In this document: piece after piece, positions 1-9,438 of the stretch
How positions within the stretch are numbered: position 1 is the stretch's first letter
Layout: each line of letters starts with the position of its first letter
Sequence record: NC_135732.1
DNA from: a phage
Length of the DNA: 64,000 bases
Strand: one strand, 5' to 3'
Position numbers and translations under genes: made by a program
The notes under the pieces: model-generated
What the model was told of the DNA's origin: nothing
The model's input: only the letters and a program-made list of their open reading frames with translations
Database searches by the model: none

Positions 1-157
1 AGGTGACACAACAGAGTTCCACTCGGCGATGATTCCCGCATTCATACTGTCAAGATTGTGATCATACTGAGATCTGTGTTTTTGACATGAATCAAACTCC
101 ATGACCCGCTGGTGGAGAAAGTGTGTGTCGCTTGTTACAAAGTATTTCATACATTCC

Positions 158-568
158 TCATTTAAGTTTAATGCAGTTTTTAAGCTGGCGTTCCATACGA
201 TCCACAACCTTGTCTGGAACATCATGAATGCTTTTATTACCGTGGCGGTTTTCAACCACGATCACGGTATAACTATACCCATGACTGATTGCCATGTCAA
301 CATATTCCTGCACATGTTTTTCTTTTGTAAACGTATTACTTACCACGATACGGTCGTATCCCATACGCATCATATCTTCTACGTTATCTTTGCACCATTT
401 TGCTGCGAGTGTTACTTTACTTGCATCCCAGTTGTAATTGCCGTCATCGTCATACCAGAACATGTCGTTCTCAAAATGTGGATACAGACCCTCTAAAGAT
501 AGCGCATTTGCCAGTGTTGATTTGCCAGACCCTGGTAGACCACGCACGATATATAGCATTTTAGACAT
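158..568 (-). CDS. P-loop kinase, polynucleotide-kinase-like (kinase domain only)
   Basis: Walker A GLPGSGKST near N-terminus; track ORF 158..625 trimmed to ATG at 568 preceded by GGAGGG. Confidence 0.55.
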   Translation of the reverse strand: MSKMLYIVRGLPGSGKSTLANALSLEGLYPHFENDMFWYDDDGNYNWDASKVTLAAKWCKDNVEDMMRMGYDRIVVSNTFTKEKHVQEYVDMAISHGYSYTVIVVENRHGNKSIHDVPDKVVDRMERQLKNCIKLK

Positions 569-689
569 AGTGACCCTCCGTTTTAATTTCAACGGTAGTA
601 TACCTAACTGTTTTGTTAATTTCAAGTGTTGACACTAGGTTATTTGTGTGGCAGGATAGACTGACAAAATGACAAATGAGGAACGTATA

Positions 690-1604
690 ATGAAGTATTT
701 TAATGCAGACGACCTGGTTGACAAAGGTCTTGTAACCAGTAGGTATTACCCAGATCTCGGGTTAAAGATCTATAAATATGCTAGAAAAGTATTTTACAAC
801 AATTTATGGCATTTGTCCCCTCGTTTACTGGAGTGCCGAGGCATTGTTGTAGGTAATGAAGGAAATGTTGTGGCATGGCCCTTCACAAAAGTGTTTAACT
901 TGGGAGAAAACTCCACCAACCTGCCTGACAATAAGCTTGTGACTGCGGTAGAGAAAAAGAACGGATTCCTTGGTGTGGTATCATCTCATAAAGGTGACCT
1001 ATTGTTCTCAACAACCGGGTCTCTTGATTCTCCATATTGTAACCTTGCAAAGGAAACCATCCAAGAGCAATGTGGTAATTTAGATCTTATCAAGAAGGTT
1101 ATGGGCAATGAAAACATGACATTCATGTTTGAAATTTGTCACCCTTCAGATCCGCATATTGTTCAAGAAGACCATGGCGCATATTTGATAGGTTGCAGAT
1201 ATAATGATTCTGGAATAATGCTACCAGAAGCAGCTTTAGATGGGATTGCCAAATACCTTGGTGCAAAACGTCCTCACACTGTGCGTGAAATCCCGTTCAG
1301 CTATGCAAAAGAATTAGCCGCAGAAACAAGGGGCGAAGGGTATATGATCCGTAAGCCTTACTACCCTTATGACCTGCAGCTGAAGATCAAGTCTCCATAC
1401 TACCTGGCACGGAAGGCCGTAATGAGGGGTAAAGCTTGGAAGATTTGGGATGATGATATCTTTAAACGTGTTGACGAAGAGTTTTACGGCATGGTAAACT
1501 TCATTCGTAACAATTACACAGAAGATGTGTGGAACTGCCTCCTGGAGCAGGAACGCCGTGAGATACTTGATTACTATTTCCACAACGAGAACTATATGCA
1601 ATGA
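690..1604 (+). CDS. RNA ligase, T4 RnlA-like (Rnl1 family)
   Basis: LECRGI, KVFNLGEN and EKKNGF (KxxG nucleotidyltransferase lysine) match T4 RNA ligase 1 as recalled; ATG 690 has GAGGAA RBS, alternative ATG 669. Confidence 0.7.
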   Translation: MKYFNADDLVDKGLVTSRYYPDLGLKIYKYARKVFYNNLWHLSPRLLECRGIVVGNEGNVVAWPFTKVFNLGENSTNLPDNKLVTAVEKKNGFLGVVSSHKGDLLFSTTGSLDSPYCNLAKETIQEQCGNLDLIKKVMGNENMTFMFEICHPSDPHIVQEDHGAYLIGCRYNDSGIMLPEAALDGIAKYLGAKRPHTVREIPFSYAKELAAETRGEGYMIRKPYYPYDLQLKIKSPYYLARKAVMRGKAWKIWDDDIFKRVDEEFYGMVNFIRNNYTEDVWNCLLEQERREILDYYFHNENYMQ

Positions 1605-1951
1605 AGAAGTTGATTGTGTGGCTGGATGACTTGAGAGATCCGTCAAATTATGGGCTCCCAGACGCTATTTGGCTAAAGAATTCCTCCGAGTTTATAGATT
1701 TTATTAACGATAGGGGAAAGCTCTACAGACGCGTTTCTGAGTGGCACATGGACAACGACCTTGGAGAGTTGTTCGAAGGGTACGATTGCCTATCTATGTT
1801 GGAGGAAAAATTTGTATTTGGTAAGCCCCCTGTAGTTGACAACGTGAAGATTTTCGTGCATACTTCTAACCCATCAGCGGCTCGTAAATTCATGCTTGCA
1901 GCTGACTCGTTTAAAAAGTTTGGAATAGAGATTAAACAAAACATCTACTGA
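1601..1951 (+). CDS. hypothetical protein
   Basis: ATG overlaps ligase stop (ATGA coupling); 116 aa. Confidence 0.5.
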   Translation: MKKLIVWLDDLRDPSNYGLPDAIWLKNSSEFIDFINDRGKLYRRVSEWHMDNDLGELFEGYDCLSMLEEKFVFGKPPVVDNVKIFVHTSNPSAARKFMLAADSFKKFGIEIKQNIY

Positions 1952-1959
1952 GGACACTT

Positions 1960-2721
1960 ATGCGACGACTGATTATTATCTCCGGTGCTGGTTTGAGCGC
2001 TGAATCTGGTATTCCCACTTTCCGATCTGGTAGCACTGCAATGTGGGAGAATTTCAGCATCGATGAGGTGTGCAACATCCACACCTTTGCCAAGAACTAC
2101 TACAAGGTGCATGACTTTTACAATGCACGTCGTGTAGCTCTAGGCGGTGTTGAGCCTAACCTTGCACATCTTCGGATCGCTGAGTGGTATTCCCGCTGGT
2201 CTGGTCGTGTGATCAACCTTACCACCAATGTAGATGATTTGCTGGAGCGTGCTGGTGTAAAACATGAAGATATTTTACATGTTCACGGGTATTTGCCAGA
2301 AATAGTCTATGAGGACGATGAAGGAAGTGACGTCATTAAGGACATTGGATACTCTGAGGTAGATGCAGGAAAGTATACCTGGGTTAAACCTAATGTGGTG
2401 TTCTTCGGAGAAGTAGCTCCGAAGTATACAGACATGTATGACCTGTTGACTTCTCTTACAAGCAATGATATGGTTATCCTTGTAGGGTGTTCCAACACAG
2501 TTATCAATTTTAACTGGGAGCTATTCCCTGCCTGCAATAAGGGCACCAAACTGCTGATCGTTAACAAATACGACTCACAGCATCTAGAGGAGAATGGCAT
2601 TTCACGTAGTGATATTTACCAGTACGAGGATCGCGGCATCCCGGTTTGGTTTAACGGGGCGGTTGACGCTTTCTCTGATAAAACATTCATTGAGACCGTA
2701 GAAAACTTTATGGAACTTTAA
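1960..2721 (+). CDS. Sir2-family NAD-dependent deacylase / NADase
   Basis: N-terminal GAGLSAESGIPTFR Sir2 signature; GAGGA RBS. Confidence 0.8.
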   Translation: MRRLIIISGAGLSAESGIPTFRSGSTAMWENFSIDEVCNIHTFAKNYYKVHDFYNARRVALGGVEPNLAHLRIAEWYSRWSGRVINLTTNVDDLLERAGVKHEDILHVHGYLPEIVYEDDEGSDVIKDIGYSEVDAGKYTWVKPNVVFFGEVAPKYTDMYDLLTSLTSNDMVILVGCSNTVINFNWELFPACNKGTKLLIVNKYDSQHLEENGISRSDIYQYEDRGIPVWFNGAVDAFSDKTFIETVENFMEL

Positions 2722-2734
2722 AAGGAGACCTTTA

Positions 2735-3448
2735 ATGCTGAATACTAAACTGATCGACAACCTGGAAAAACTGTCTCAGCCTGAAAACTATCTTTGGTCT
2801 GCCAACTGGGTGGAAAACTGGAACCGTGTGGCAGCTAAAGTGAAAAAATCATACACACCATTCGAATTACAGCTTAGCTTCATTGAGGAAGAGTTCAATG
2901 AGGTTTTGGAAGAGCTGGAGAAAGGTGATGGTGGAGATCACCTGCTAAAAGAGGCCTGCGATCTTCACGTTGTCACAAGTTATGCCGCTTATCTTGTTAA
3001 TGATAATCACGAAAAGTGGTCAAACCTGTTTGATAATCCACGAGGTCTTAAGTTCAAGATCGGTGAGTTCTATGATACACTGATCGCTGCGAAAAACACA
3101 TCCAAGCAAAGAGCGTCAGCTTACCGCTTAGCGGAGTTGTCAACAGCTTTGCTGTTCCAGCTTCGCGGCGATGTGTGTGGGATGATGCGGAAGGTTCTCA
3201 AATCCAATGACAGCAAGTTTGCACGGATCAACCATCTACGATATTCTCACGGTGCCAGTGCAGATATGTCTACTGAATTGCTCATAGAGTTAGAGATTGA
3301 AGATCTTGAGCGTCGTTTTGGTGGTCGCTACGAAGGTTTCGTTGCTAAAGAGGAGTTCTACAACGGTAATAAAGTTATTATATTCCTTGACAGTAAAGGT
3401 AAGATTATGAAGCCTTCGAGCTTCAAGGATGTAACAGAGTATATTTAA
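2735..3448 (+). CDS. putative MazG-like nucleotide pyrophosphohydrolase
   Basis: EEEFNEVLEELEK ... KEACDLH acidic helix pattern resembling all-alpha NTP pyrophosphatases; AAGGAGA RBS. Confidence 0.4.
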   Translation: MLNTKLIDNLEKLSQPENYLWSANWVENWNRVAAKVKKSYTPFELQLSFIEEEFNEVLEELEKGDGGDHLLKEACDLHVVTSYAAYLVNDNHEKWSNLFDNPRGLKFKIGEFYDTLIAAKNTSKQRASAYRLAELSTALLFQLRGDVCGMMRKVLKSNDSKFARINHLRYSHGASADMSTELLIELEIEDLERRFGGRYEGFVAKEEFYNGNKVIIFLDSKGKIMKPSSFKDVTEYI

Positions 3449-3454
3449 CAACAT

Positions 3455-3476
3455 AGCCGGGATTACCCGGCTTTAC
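3455..3476 (+). terminator. rho-independent terminator
   Basis: AGCCGGG-ATTA-CCCGGCT hairpin followed by T-rich tract. Confidence 0.55.
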
Positions 3477-3510
3477 TTATTATGGAAAGTATGCAGTGAG
3501 GTAGTTAGTT

Positions 3511-3819
3511 ATGTACAAGCATTCCAGAGATCTTGAAAAAGATGCTGTGTTTGGCGACCAGATGAAGGAGCTGATCAAACTTATAGGTAGAATGGAAGAT
3601 AAGTTTGACACTAAAATCTACATCGATAGCAAGATCTTCAACCACAAAATATGGACAAATGTGTGTGTTGGGCTACATGGTGATAAAGATATTGTAAATT
3701 TGGTTGTAATAAAGTTCATAGTGTGGCAGAATAGGACTATACGTTATTCCGATCCACACTTACTTGTTTATCCTATAAAAGACCTACTACAGAAGGAGGA
3801 CTGCAATGCCGTTATTTAA
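3511..3819 (+). CDS. hypothetical protein
   Basis: ORF with GAGG RBS. Confidence 0.5.
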   Translation: MYKHSRDLEKDAVFGDQMKELIKLIGRMEDKFDTKIYIDSKIFNHKIWTNVCVGLHGDKDIVNLVVIKFIVWQNRTIRYSDPHLLVYPIKDLLQKEDCNAVI

Positions 3820-4075
3820 TCTTGCTAAACCTGTAGAAGCACACCAGTTTGATGGAAGCTCTTCATCAGTATCTGATCTGCAACGGTGGATTGATACAGG
3901 TGTGTTTACATCGTCACCTGTTCGGACCAGAGATATTCGTCGCATGTGTGAGCTTGTTGAGCCGTTTGGCAACTTGGTTTTGTACCAGGGAGATTGGTTA
4001 GTTGACTTTATGGGAGACTGGTTGGTAATGAGTAAAGAAGAGATGTTTAAAATTTTTAAGGAAGAGGCCGAGTAA
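3806..4075 (+). CDS. hypothetical protein
   Basis: AAGGAGG RBS before ATG. Confidence 0.55.
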   Translation: MPLFNLAKPVEAHQFDGSSSSVSDLQRWIDTGVFTSSPVRTRDIRRMCELVEPFGNLVLYQGDWLVDFMGDWLVMSKEEMFKIFKEEAE

Positions 4076-5358
4076 TGCATCAAATCAAAACAACACTGTA
4101 CGCACTGAACAAAGATGGCAGCTACCAACAGTGGAAAGTATTCACTGATGGCGAAAAGGTTATCGTAGAGTTTGGCAAGCTTGACGGTAAATTGCAGTAC
4201 AAAGAGACGGTATGTACACCTAAAAACGTAGGTCGTGCCAACGAGACTACAGCTGAGCAACAGGCCGAGCTTGAGGCTATCAGCAAGTGGGAAAAACAAG
4301 TCCGTCTGGGGTATGTTGAAAACATGGAAGATTGCGAGCAGGGTGTTGATCTTTTACCTATGCTGGTGCATGACTACCTGAAGCGTGGCAAGGCACTTAA
4401 ATTACCTTGCTGGATCTTGCGTAAGTTAGATGGCCTTCGTCTGCTTGTTGTTTTCCAAAATGGTGAGCCTAAATTTATTTCCCGTGGTAATAAGTCCTAC
4501 CCTATTCAAGGAAAGCTTTTAGAGCAACTTCGTTCTTTCCATTCTACCACTGGGATTAAACAACTTGATGGGGAACTATACATTCATGGTCTTCCTTTGC
4601 AGAAAATAGTGTCTCTTGCTAAACGGTGGCGCACACAGGAAGAGATTCAGGCCGAGATCGATAAAGACTATGAGGCAGATAAAAAACGCCGTCATGCAGC
4701 AATTAAGGCAGGCTTATCAACATACAAAAACTTCAACAAGGTAGATATTCCTGTCGATGTTGAGCCTGTTCGTGATGATTTGCGTTACGGTGGATACTGT
4801 AGCTACGATCTGGAGTATCACATTTTTGATATTCCTAGCGACAAGGTGTGGTGGGATCCAGAAACAGAGTCTGGACGCTGCAAGGATCTTATGGATGCAG
4901 AGGATACCGTTACCACTCTGATGCTTGATCATATCAAGGTTGTTGACGCAGAGCTTGCGTACACAGTTGATCATTGCGAAGAATCTGTTGGTATATTCAT
5001 GTCCGAAGGATATGAAGGTACTATCATGCGTAATTTCTGCGGTAAATATGAGTATGGTCAGCGAACATCTGAAGCATTGAAATGGAAAAAGTTCAACGAC
5101 GCAGAGGTGAAAGTTATTGACGTTGAGAAAGATAAGAATGATGAAGGTGTTCTTATCTGTGTTGACAAGGAAGGTGTTGTTGTTAAAATGAAGATGAAAG
5201 GCACGCACGAGGAGCGTAGCTATGACAGAATGCAGGAAATGATCGGCAAGTTTGTCACCTTCAAATATCAAGCAAGGACAGAAGACAACAACTACCAATT
5301 CCCTGTCGGTATCTGCGTCCGAAATGTTAACCCAGACACTTGGGAGGTGCTTGAATGA
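4075..5358 (+). CDS. ATP-dependent DNA ligase
   Basis: Motif I KLDGLR (adenylation lysine), 427 aa; ATG overlaps upstream stop. Confidence 0.85.
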   Translation: MHQIKTTLYALNKDGSYQQWKVFTDGEKVIVEFGKLDGKLQYKETVCTPKNVGRANETTAEQQAELEAISKWEKQVRLGYVENMEDCEQGVDLLPMLVHDYLKRGKALKLPCWILRKLDGLRLLVVFQNGEPKFISRGNKSYPIQGKLLEQLRSFHSTTGIKQLDGELYIHGLPLQKIVSLAKRWRTQEEIQAEIDKDYEADKKRRHAAIKAGLSTYKNFNKVDIPVDVEPVRDDLRYGGYCSYDLEYHIFDIPSDKVWWDPETESGRCKDLMDAEDTVTTLMLDHIKVVDAELAYTVDHCEESVGIFMSEGYEGTIMRNFCGKYEYGQRTSEALKWKKFNDAEVKVIDVEKDKNDEGVLICVDKEGVVVKMKMKGTHEERSYDRMQEMIGKFVTFKYQARTEDNNYQFPVGICVRNVNPDTWEVLE

Positions 5359-5481
5359 TGTAGGAAGGTTCAGTAGGTAACGGTAGCCAATTGAATGATG
5401 GTTTTCAATCGGCACCTACATAACCACACTGTGTAGTGTTGTTGATCGTGTTAGTTATGAGTAAACTGGAGAGTATGAAAA

Positions 5482-5952
5482 ATGAAACTTGATAAAAATG
5501 TTCAACGAAAAGCTTTCTTGGACATGATCGCATATTCGGAAGGCACAGATAATGGTAGGCAACCCACTAAGGATCGGGGATACGATGTCATAGTTGGTGG
5601 CAAGCTGTTTAGCGATTACAGCAAGCATCCAGGTGTGTACGTTAAGCTAAATGCTAAACTTACCTCCTCCGCTGCTGGTCGTTACCAGGTTTTGGAGAAG
5701 TTTGCTAAACACTACATGGAACAGTTAGGATTGCCAGATTTTGGCCCCGCCAGTCAGGACAAGATTGCGTTGCAACTGATCCGTGAGTGCAAGGCTCTCG
5801 CCGACATTGACGAAGGGCGTATCCACGAGGCTATCCATAAATGCCGTTCCCGCTGGGCTTCGTTACCTGGTGCTGGATATGGTCAGCATGAACAGAAGAT
5901 CGAGAAGTTGATCGAGGTGTTTAAAAAGGCAGGCGGTGTTGTCCTTGATTGA
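5482..5952 (+). CDS. endolysin, lambda R-like lytic transglycosylase
   Basis: Near-colinear with lambda R as recalled: QRKAFLDM, AYSEGTDNGRQ, GYDVIVGG, RWASLPGAGYGQ. Confidence 0.9.
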   Translation: MKLDKNVQRKAFLDMIAYSEGTDNGRQPTKDRGYDVIVGGKLFSDYSKHPGVYVKLNAKLTSSAAGRYQVLEKFAKHYMEQLGLPDFGPASQDKIALQLIRECKALADIDEGRIHEAIHKCRSRWASLPGAGYGQHEQKIEKLIEVFKKAGGVVLD

Positions 5953-6015
5953 TCATTGACATAACCACACGGACGTGGTATTGTTACCTCATAAAATGTT
6001 TAGGAGGGCTTAACC

Positions 6016-6222
6016 ATGAAAGATTTTCTGTTGGCAATTTTGTTCATGGTAGCATGTCTGTCCTGTGGTGTCGTGTTTGCAGGTGAAACAGCGTATCTTG
6101 TCGATGTATATCGGGACAATGGTAAACGTATTTGCCTTTATGAGACAAGTCAAGGTGAGCTCTACGAGCTTGTGAAACAAGGTGAGGCAGGTTCCTGCCC
6201 TCGCACCCATTTCTTTGAATGA
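6016..6222 (+). CDS. small secreted or lipoprotein-like protein
   Basis: N-terminal hydrophobic signal-like segment LLAILFMVACLSCG; AGGAGGG RBS. Confidence 0.5.
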   Translation: MKDFLLAILFMVACLSCGVVFAGETAYLVDVYRDNGKRICLYETSQGELYELVKQGEAGSCPRTHFFE

Positions 6223-6232
6223 GGGAGAACAC

Positions 6233-6697
6233 GTGGAAGACGGACGTTTAATGAAGTCTGAACGCAGGCTTATTGTGCAACTGATCCCAGAAACAGCTTG
6301 GTATAATAACCTCCGAAACGCTGTGAAGAAGAGTGAGTGGGATAAGATACGTAAGAAGTGCTATAGAGAAGCCAACTACACTTGTGAGGTGTGCGGCGGT
6401 AAAGGCAGCAAACACCCAGTGGAGTGTCATGAACTTTACACTTTCGAAGAGGGAGTGATCCGGCTTGTCGGACTGATAGCACTGTGCCCGGATTGTCACA
6501 CATCGGTGCATCCTGGGTTAGCAAATATCCGTGGAAAGTATGCTCAGGCAGTTAATCAGTTGGCTAAGGTGAATAAGATCACCAAGAGTATGGCAGAGGC
6601 GTATTACCGAGACTGCTTTGCAGAGTGGCGTGAGCTTAGTAAAGTTCCAGAATGGAAGACTGACTTTTCGTGGATAGAGGGTTACCTTGATGGCTAA
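6233..6697 (+). CDS. HNH-family endonuclease
   Basis: CEVCGG...ECHELY...CPDCH Cys/His pattern; GTG 6233 after GAGGGAG, alternative ATG 6251. Confidence 0.5.
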   Translation: MEDGRLMKSERRLIVQLIPETAWYNNLRNAVKKSEWDKIRKKCYREANYTCEVCGGKGSKHPVECHELYTFEEGVIRLVGLIALCPDCHTSVHPGLANIRGKYAQAVNQLAKVNKITKSMAEAYYRDCFAEWRELSKVPEWKTDFSWIEGYLDG

Positions 6698-6980
6698 GAG
6701 ACCTGTAAAAGAGAAATTCGATAAGACAGCTTTTGTATTCGATACACCTCTGGACGACATCATTAGAGGTATGCAATCATTGTATCGGAAGGCTGAATCT
6801 GAGCAGCTGTCGGAATCAGAACTTTACTGGCTCGGTTGGTGGGAGTTAAACCTGCCTAAAGCTGAAAGTTCTTCTCTGAGAACTGTTAAAACGTGCGCCC
6901 AAGAAAACGCTGCACTTGGAATCTACCACAAAAGGAAAAGATCAACAAAAAGCTCTCCAAGAAAGACTAAAAAGTCTTGA
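6690..6980 (+). CDS. hypothetical protein, basic C-terminus
   Basis: ATG 6690 overlaps upstream stop; track start 6687 is TTG. Confidence 0.5.
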   Translation: MAKRPVKEKFDKTAFVFDTPLDDIIRGMQSLYRKAESEQLSESELYWLGWWELNLPKAESSSLRTVKTCAQENAALGIYHKRKRSTKSSPRKTKKS

Positions 6981-7006
6981 CAAAAGTGTTATTAATCTGA
7001 TATTAT
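6977..7006 (+). promoter_or_regulatory. sigma70-like promoter
   Basis: TTGACA, 18-nt spacer, TATTAT. Confidence 0.55.
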
Positions 7007-7039
7007 CGGTCAGATATCTATAAACTAGGAGAACTAGAT

Positions 7040-7348
7040 ATGCTTAAAATTTTTATTGTTGAAGATAAAGATATTGTCCAGTTGTATGCAAACGAGAATC
7101 ATAAAGGTATGATTCTGAAGAAGGCAAGCAACCTTCATGAAAACACAATTCAACCTGGCGATGTAATTAAGATCTGTGGTTATATGATACCAGACTCCTT
7201 GATGAAAATAACCCACCACTGGGGGTCTAATCCGTTCCTTTTTGAAAAGTATTGGGATGTTGAGTCACTTATTGCAGAGAGTGATGATGCATTCCATTAC
7301 AGCATCCAACCATCTTGCAGAATAACTAACAGGAGGGTCTTTGAGTAG
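7040..7348 (+). CDS. hypothetical protein
   Basis: AGGAGAA RBS. Confidence 0.55.
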   Translation: MLKIFIVEDKDIVQLYANENHKGMILKKASNLHENTIQPGDVIKICGYMIPDSLMKITHHWGSNPFLFEKYWDVESLIAESDDAFHYSIQPSCRITNRRVFE

Positions 7349-8480
7349 AGAATATCCACTTATTGAGTCCATAGATTGTCTGGCTGATCTTCTTGAACCT
7401 GACGCTATAGTTTATTATGACTTCGATCAGGTTGCATATCAAGCTGCAGCAAGTTGTGAAAAAAGGACAATTGAGGTAACACACAAAGCCTCCGGACGTA
7501 AGAAGATGTTTAAAACACGAACAGAGTTCTGGGGGCGGCAGAAGAACACAGTTGGTGGTTGGTTAAAAGCTGAGAATACCAACCGTGAAGCTGCATGTAA
7601 AAAGGCTGGCAAGGAGTTTATTCCGTGGACACGAGAAGATTTCGATGTCTTGGATATCCAAACCCCTGATCCTGTAGAGAACTGCTTGCACACAATTAAG
7701 TGTAAAGCGAATGCAGTCCTTAATTATCTCGGTATTCCGGAAGATCGGTGCGTGGGGGTACTTGGAGGCACAGGTAATTTCAGACTAGATCTTCCCATGC
7801 CGGAAAGATATAAAGCCAACCGTAACAATACTCTTCGACCACTGCTGCTTGGAGATGCAAGACAGTATCTCCAAAAGCAGTATAATGCTCAAGTGATCAA
7901 CGGTATCGAGGCTGACGACTGGTTAGCTATCCAGCAATTTGAAGGTTGGAACCACTACCAAAAAACAGGTAAGTTCAACAAGTTTATTATCTCTATTGAT
8001 AAGGACCAAAGAACACTGCCGGGGCTTGTGTTCGATCCCATGCGAAACGATAAGGGAGATTTTGTAAGGGAAACCCCTATGCTGATCGATAACGGTATGG
8101 GGAACATCTTCATGAAGCCTAATGGAGAGGTTGGTGGTTACGGAATGCTGTTCTTCGGATACCAAATGCTGTGTGGTGACTCTGCCGACAATATCAAGCC
8201 GTATCAAGGACTTATCGGTAAGGGTAAGTTCGGGGATGCCTCAGCATTCTACCTACTGTCTCAGTGCAGCACTCCAAAGGAGATGTGGGTGGCTATTATT
8301 GATCAGTACAAGAAGTGGTTCCCGAAAGGTGTTGTTAAGTATACTGACTTCAATGGTGTTGATCGTAGAATTTCCGTAGGTCAATGGATGAGTATAATTT
8401 TTGACTGTTTGTATATGAAGCGAACATTCAATGATCAAACAAAACTTGTTAACGTTCTCAGAAATGTTGGAGCAATTTGA
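7341..8480 (+). CDS. 5'-3' exonuclease / flap endonuclease (FEN family)
   Basis: GIEADDWLA and GDSADNIKPY acidic motifs typical of phage 5' nucleases; TTG start after AGGAGGG. Confidence 0.6.
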   Translation: MSREYPLIESIDCLADLLEPDAIVYYDFDQVAYQAAASCEKRTIEVTHKASGRKKMFKTRTEFWGRQKNTVGGWLKAENTNREAACKKAGKEFIPWTREDFDVLDIQTPDPVENCLHTIKCKANAVLNYLGIPEDRCVGVLGGTGNFRLDLPMPERYKANRNNTLRPLLLGDARQYLQKQYNAQVINGIEADDWLAIQQFEGWNHYQKTGKFNKFIISIDKDQRTLPGLVFDPMRNDKGDFVRETPMLIDNGMGNIFMKPNGEVGGYGMLFFGYQMLCGDSADNIKPYQGLIGKGKFGDASAFYLLSQCSTPKEMWVAIIDQYKKWFPKGVVKYTDFNGVDRRISVGQWMSIIFDCLYMKRTFNDQTKLVNVLRNVGAI

Positions 8481-8812
8481 TGACTAAAAATTCTGTAGAT
8501 AGTGCAATTATGGAAGCTGTTTTTGAGGATGATCATACAACAGGGACACTTAAAACAAAAAATACATTCGTTGTTGCCACAGGTATGTGGCGGTTGTATG
8601 AAGATGACACCATTTCATACATCCTGTACACTGATGATTACGCAGATGACCGTGTATGGTCTGCTGTTTTAAAAGAGGATTGTGAACTGATTGAGGGCGA
8701 GCGGTTATGCATGTTCACCAGTGTGGAAACAGATGTTAAGCTTTGCTCTCTCGTCTTGTTCAAAGATAAGGCTTATGCTCCTGATGAAGGAGAGGAGGAT
8801 GAGGAAGTATGA
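8480..8812 (+). CDS. hypothetical protein
   Basis: ATG 8480 overlaps upstream stop; GGAG RBS. Confidence 0.5.
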   Translation: MTKNSVDSAIMEAVFEDDHTTGTLKTKNTFVVATGMWRLYEDDTISYILYTDDYADDRVWSAVLKEDCELIEGERLCMFTSVETDVKLCSLVLFKDKAYAPDEGEEDEEV

Positions 8813-9438
8813 GAGAGCGTCTATTATCCATAGACCAGTCGTTGACACACACAGCTTGCGTTGTATGGGACGATGGAAAGCCTGTTCATAAGGTTGTGTT
8901 ACGAACTCAAAGCTCATCTGCAAAAGAGAAGAAACCAGGGACGGTTTCTTTTGCAACAGCTGCTGAGCGTATTGACTGGATCTGCAAACAGGTCAGATAT
9001 TATATCCACACGCATGGAGTTGACACCGTGGTTATGGAAGGACTTTCCTTCGGATCTCGCGGGGATGCCACACGTGAACTGGCTGGGTTGTTTTACGGTC
9101 TCGAAGTTATGCTTTGGGATGCTTTAGCTGATTGTGAAAATGACGGCCTGTTTAAGGTTCACACAGTGACACCAACAACTGCCAAAAAGTTTGCTCGTAG
9201 TCATCTTCCTGAAGAACTTGCTTTTGAGGAGAAGAAAAAGCTTGACAAAAAGACAGGTAAAGAGCATACTGTGAAGAAACCTGTTACGATGGATAAAAAG
9301 TTGATGGTTAAGGCCTGCGAAGTATCTGAACCAGGGTTCCTAGATGGGATCAATTTGGTACAAGGTAAGGCCGATCTCGCAGATGCTTATTGGATAGGCA
9401 GGGCGCATCTGGAGGGGTTATCGCAAAGCGTAAAATAA
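8809..9438 (+). CDS. RuvC-like Holliday junction resolvase
   Basis: LSIDQS...VVMEGLSFG...DLADAYWIGRA resembles RuvC catalytic acidic residues; GAGGAGGA RBS. Confidence 0.5.
   Translation: MRERLLSIDQSLTHTACVVWDDGKPVHKVVLRTQSSSAKEKKPGTVSFATAAERIDWICKQVRYYIHTHGVDTVVMEGLSFGSRGDATRELAGLFYGLEVMLWDALADCENDGLFKVHTVTPTTAKKFARSHLPEELAFEEKKKLDKKTGKEHTVKKPVTMDKKLMVKACEVSEPGFLDGINLVQGKADLADAYWIGRAHLEGLSQSVK

Noticed and set aside
101-496. 131-aa plus-strand ORF
   Set aside because: Antisense to the P-loop kinase gene; no RBS; Cys/His-rich low-complexity translation typical of a shadow ORF.
4717-5415. 232-aa minus-strand ORF
   Set aside because: Lies entirely antisense to the well-supported DNA ligase gene; no RBS.
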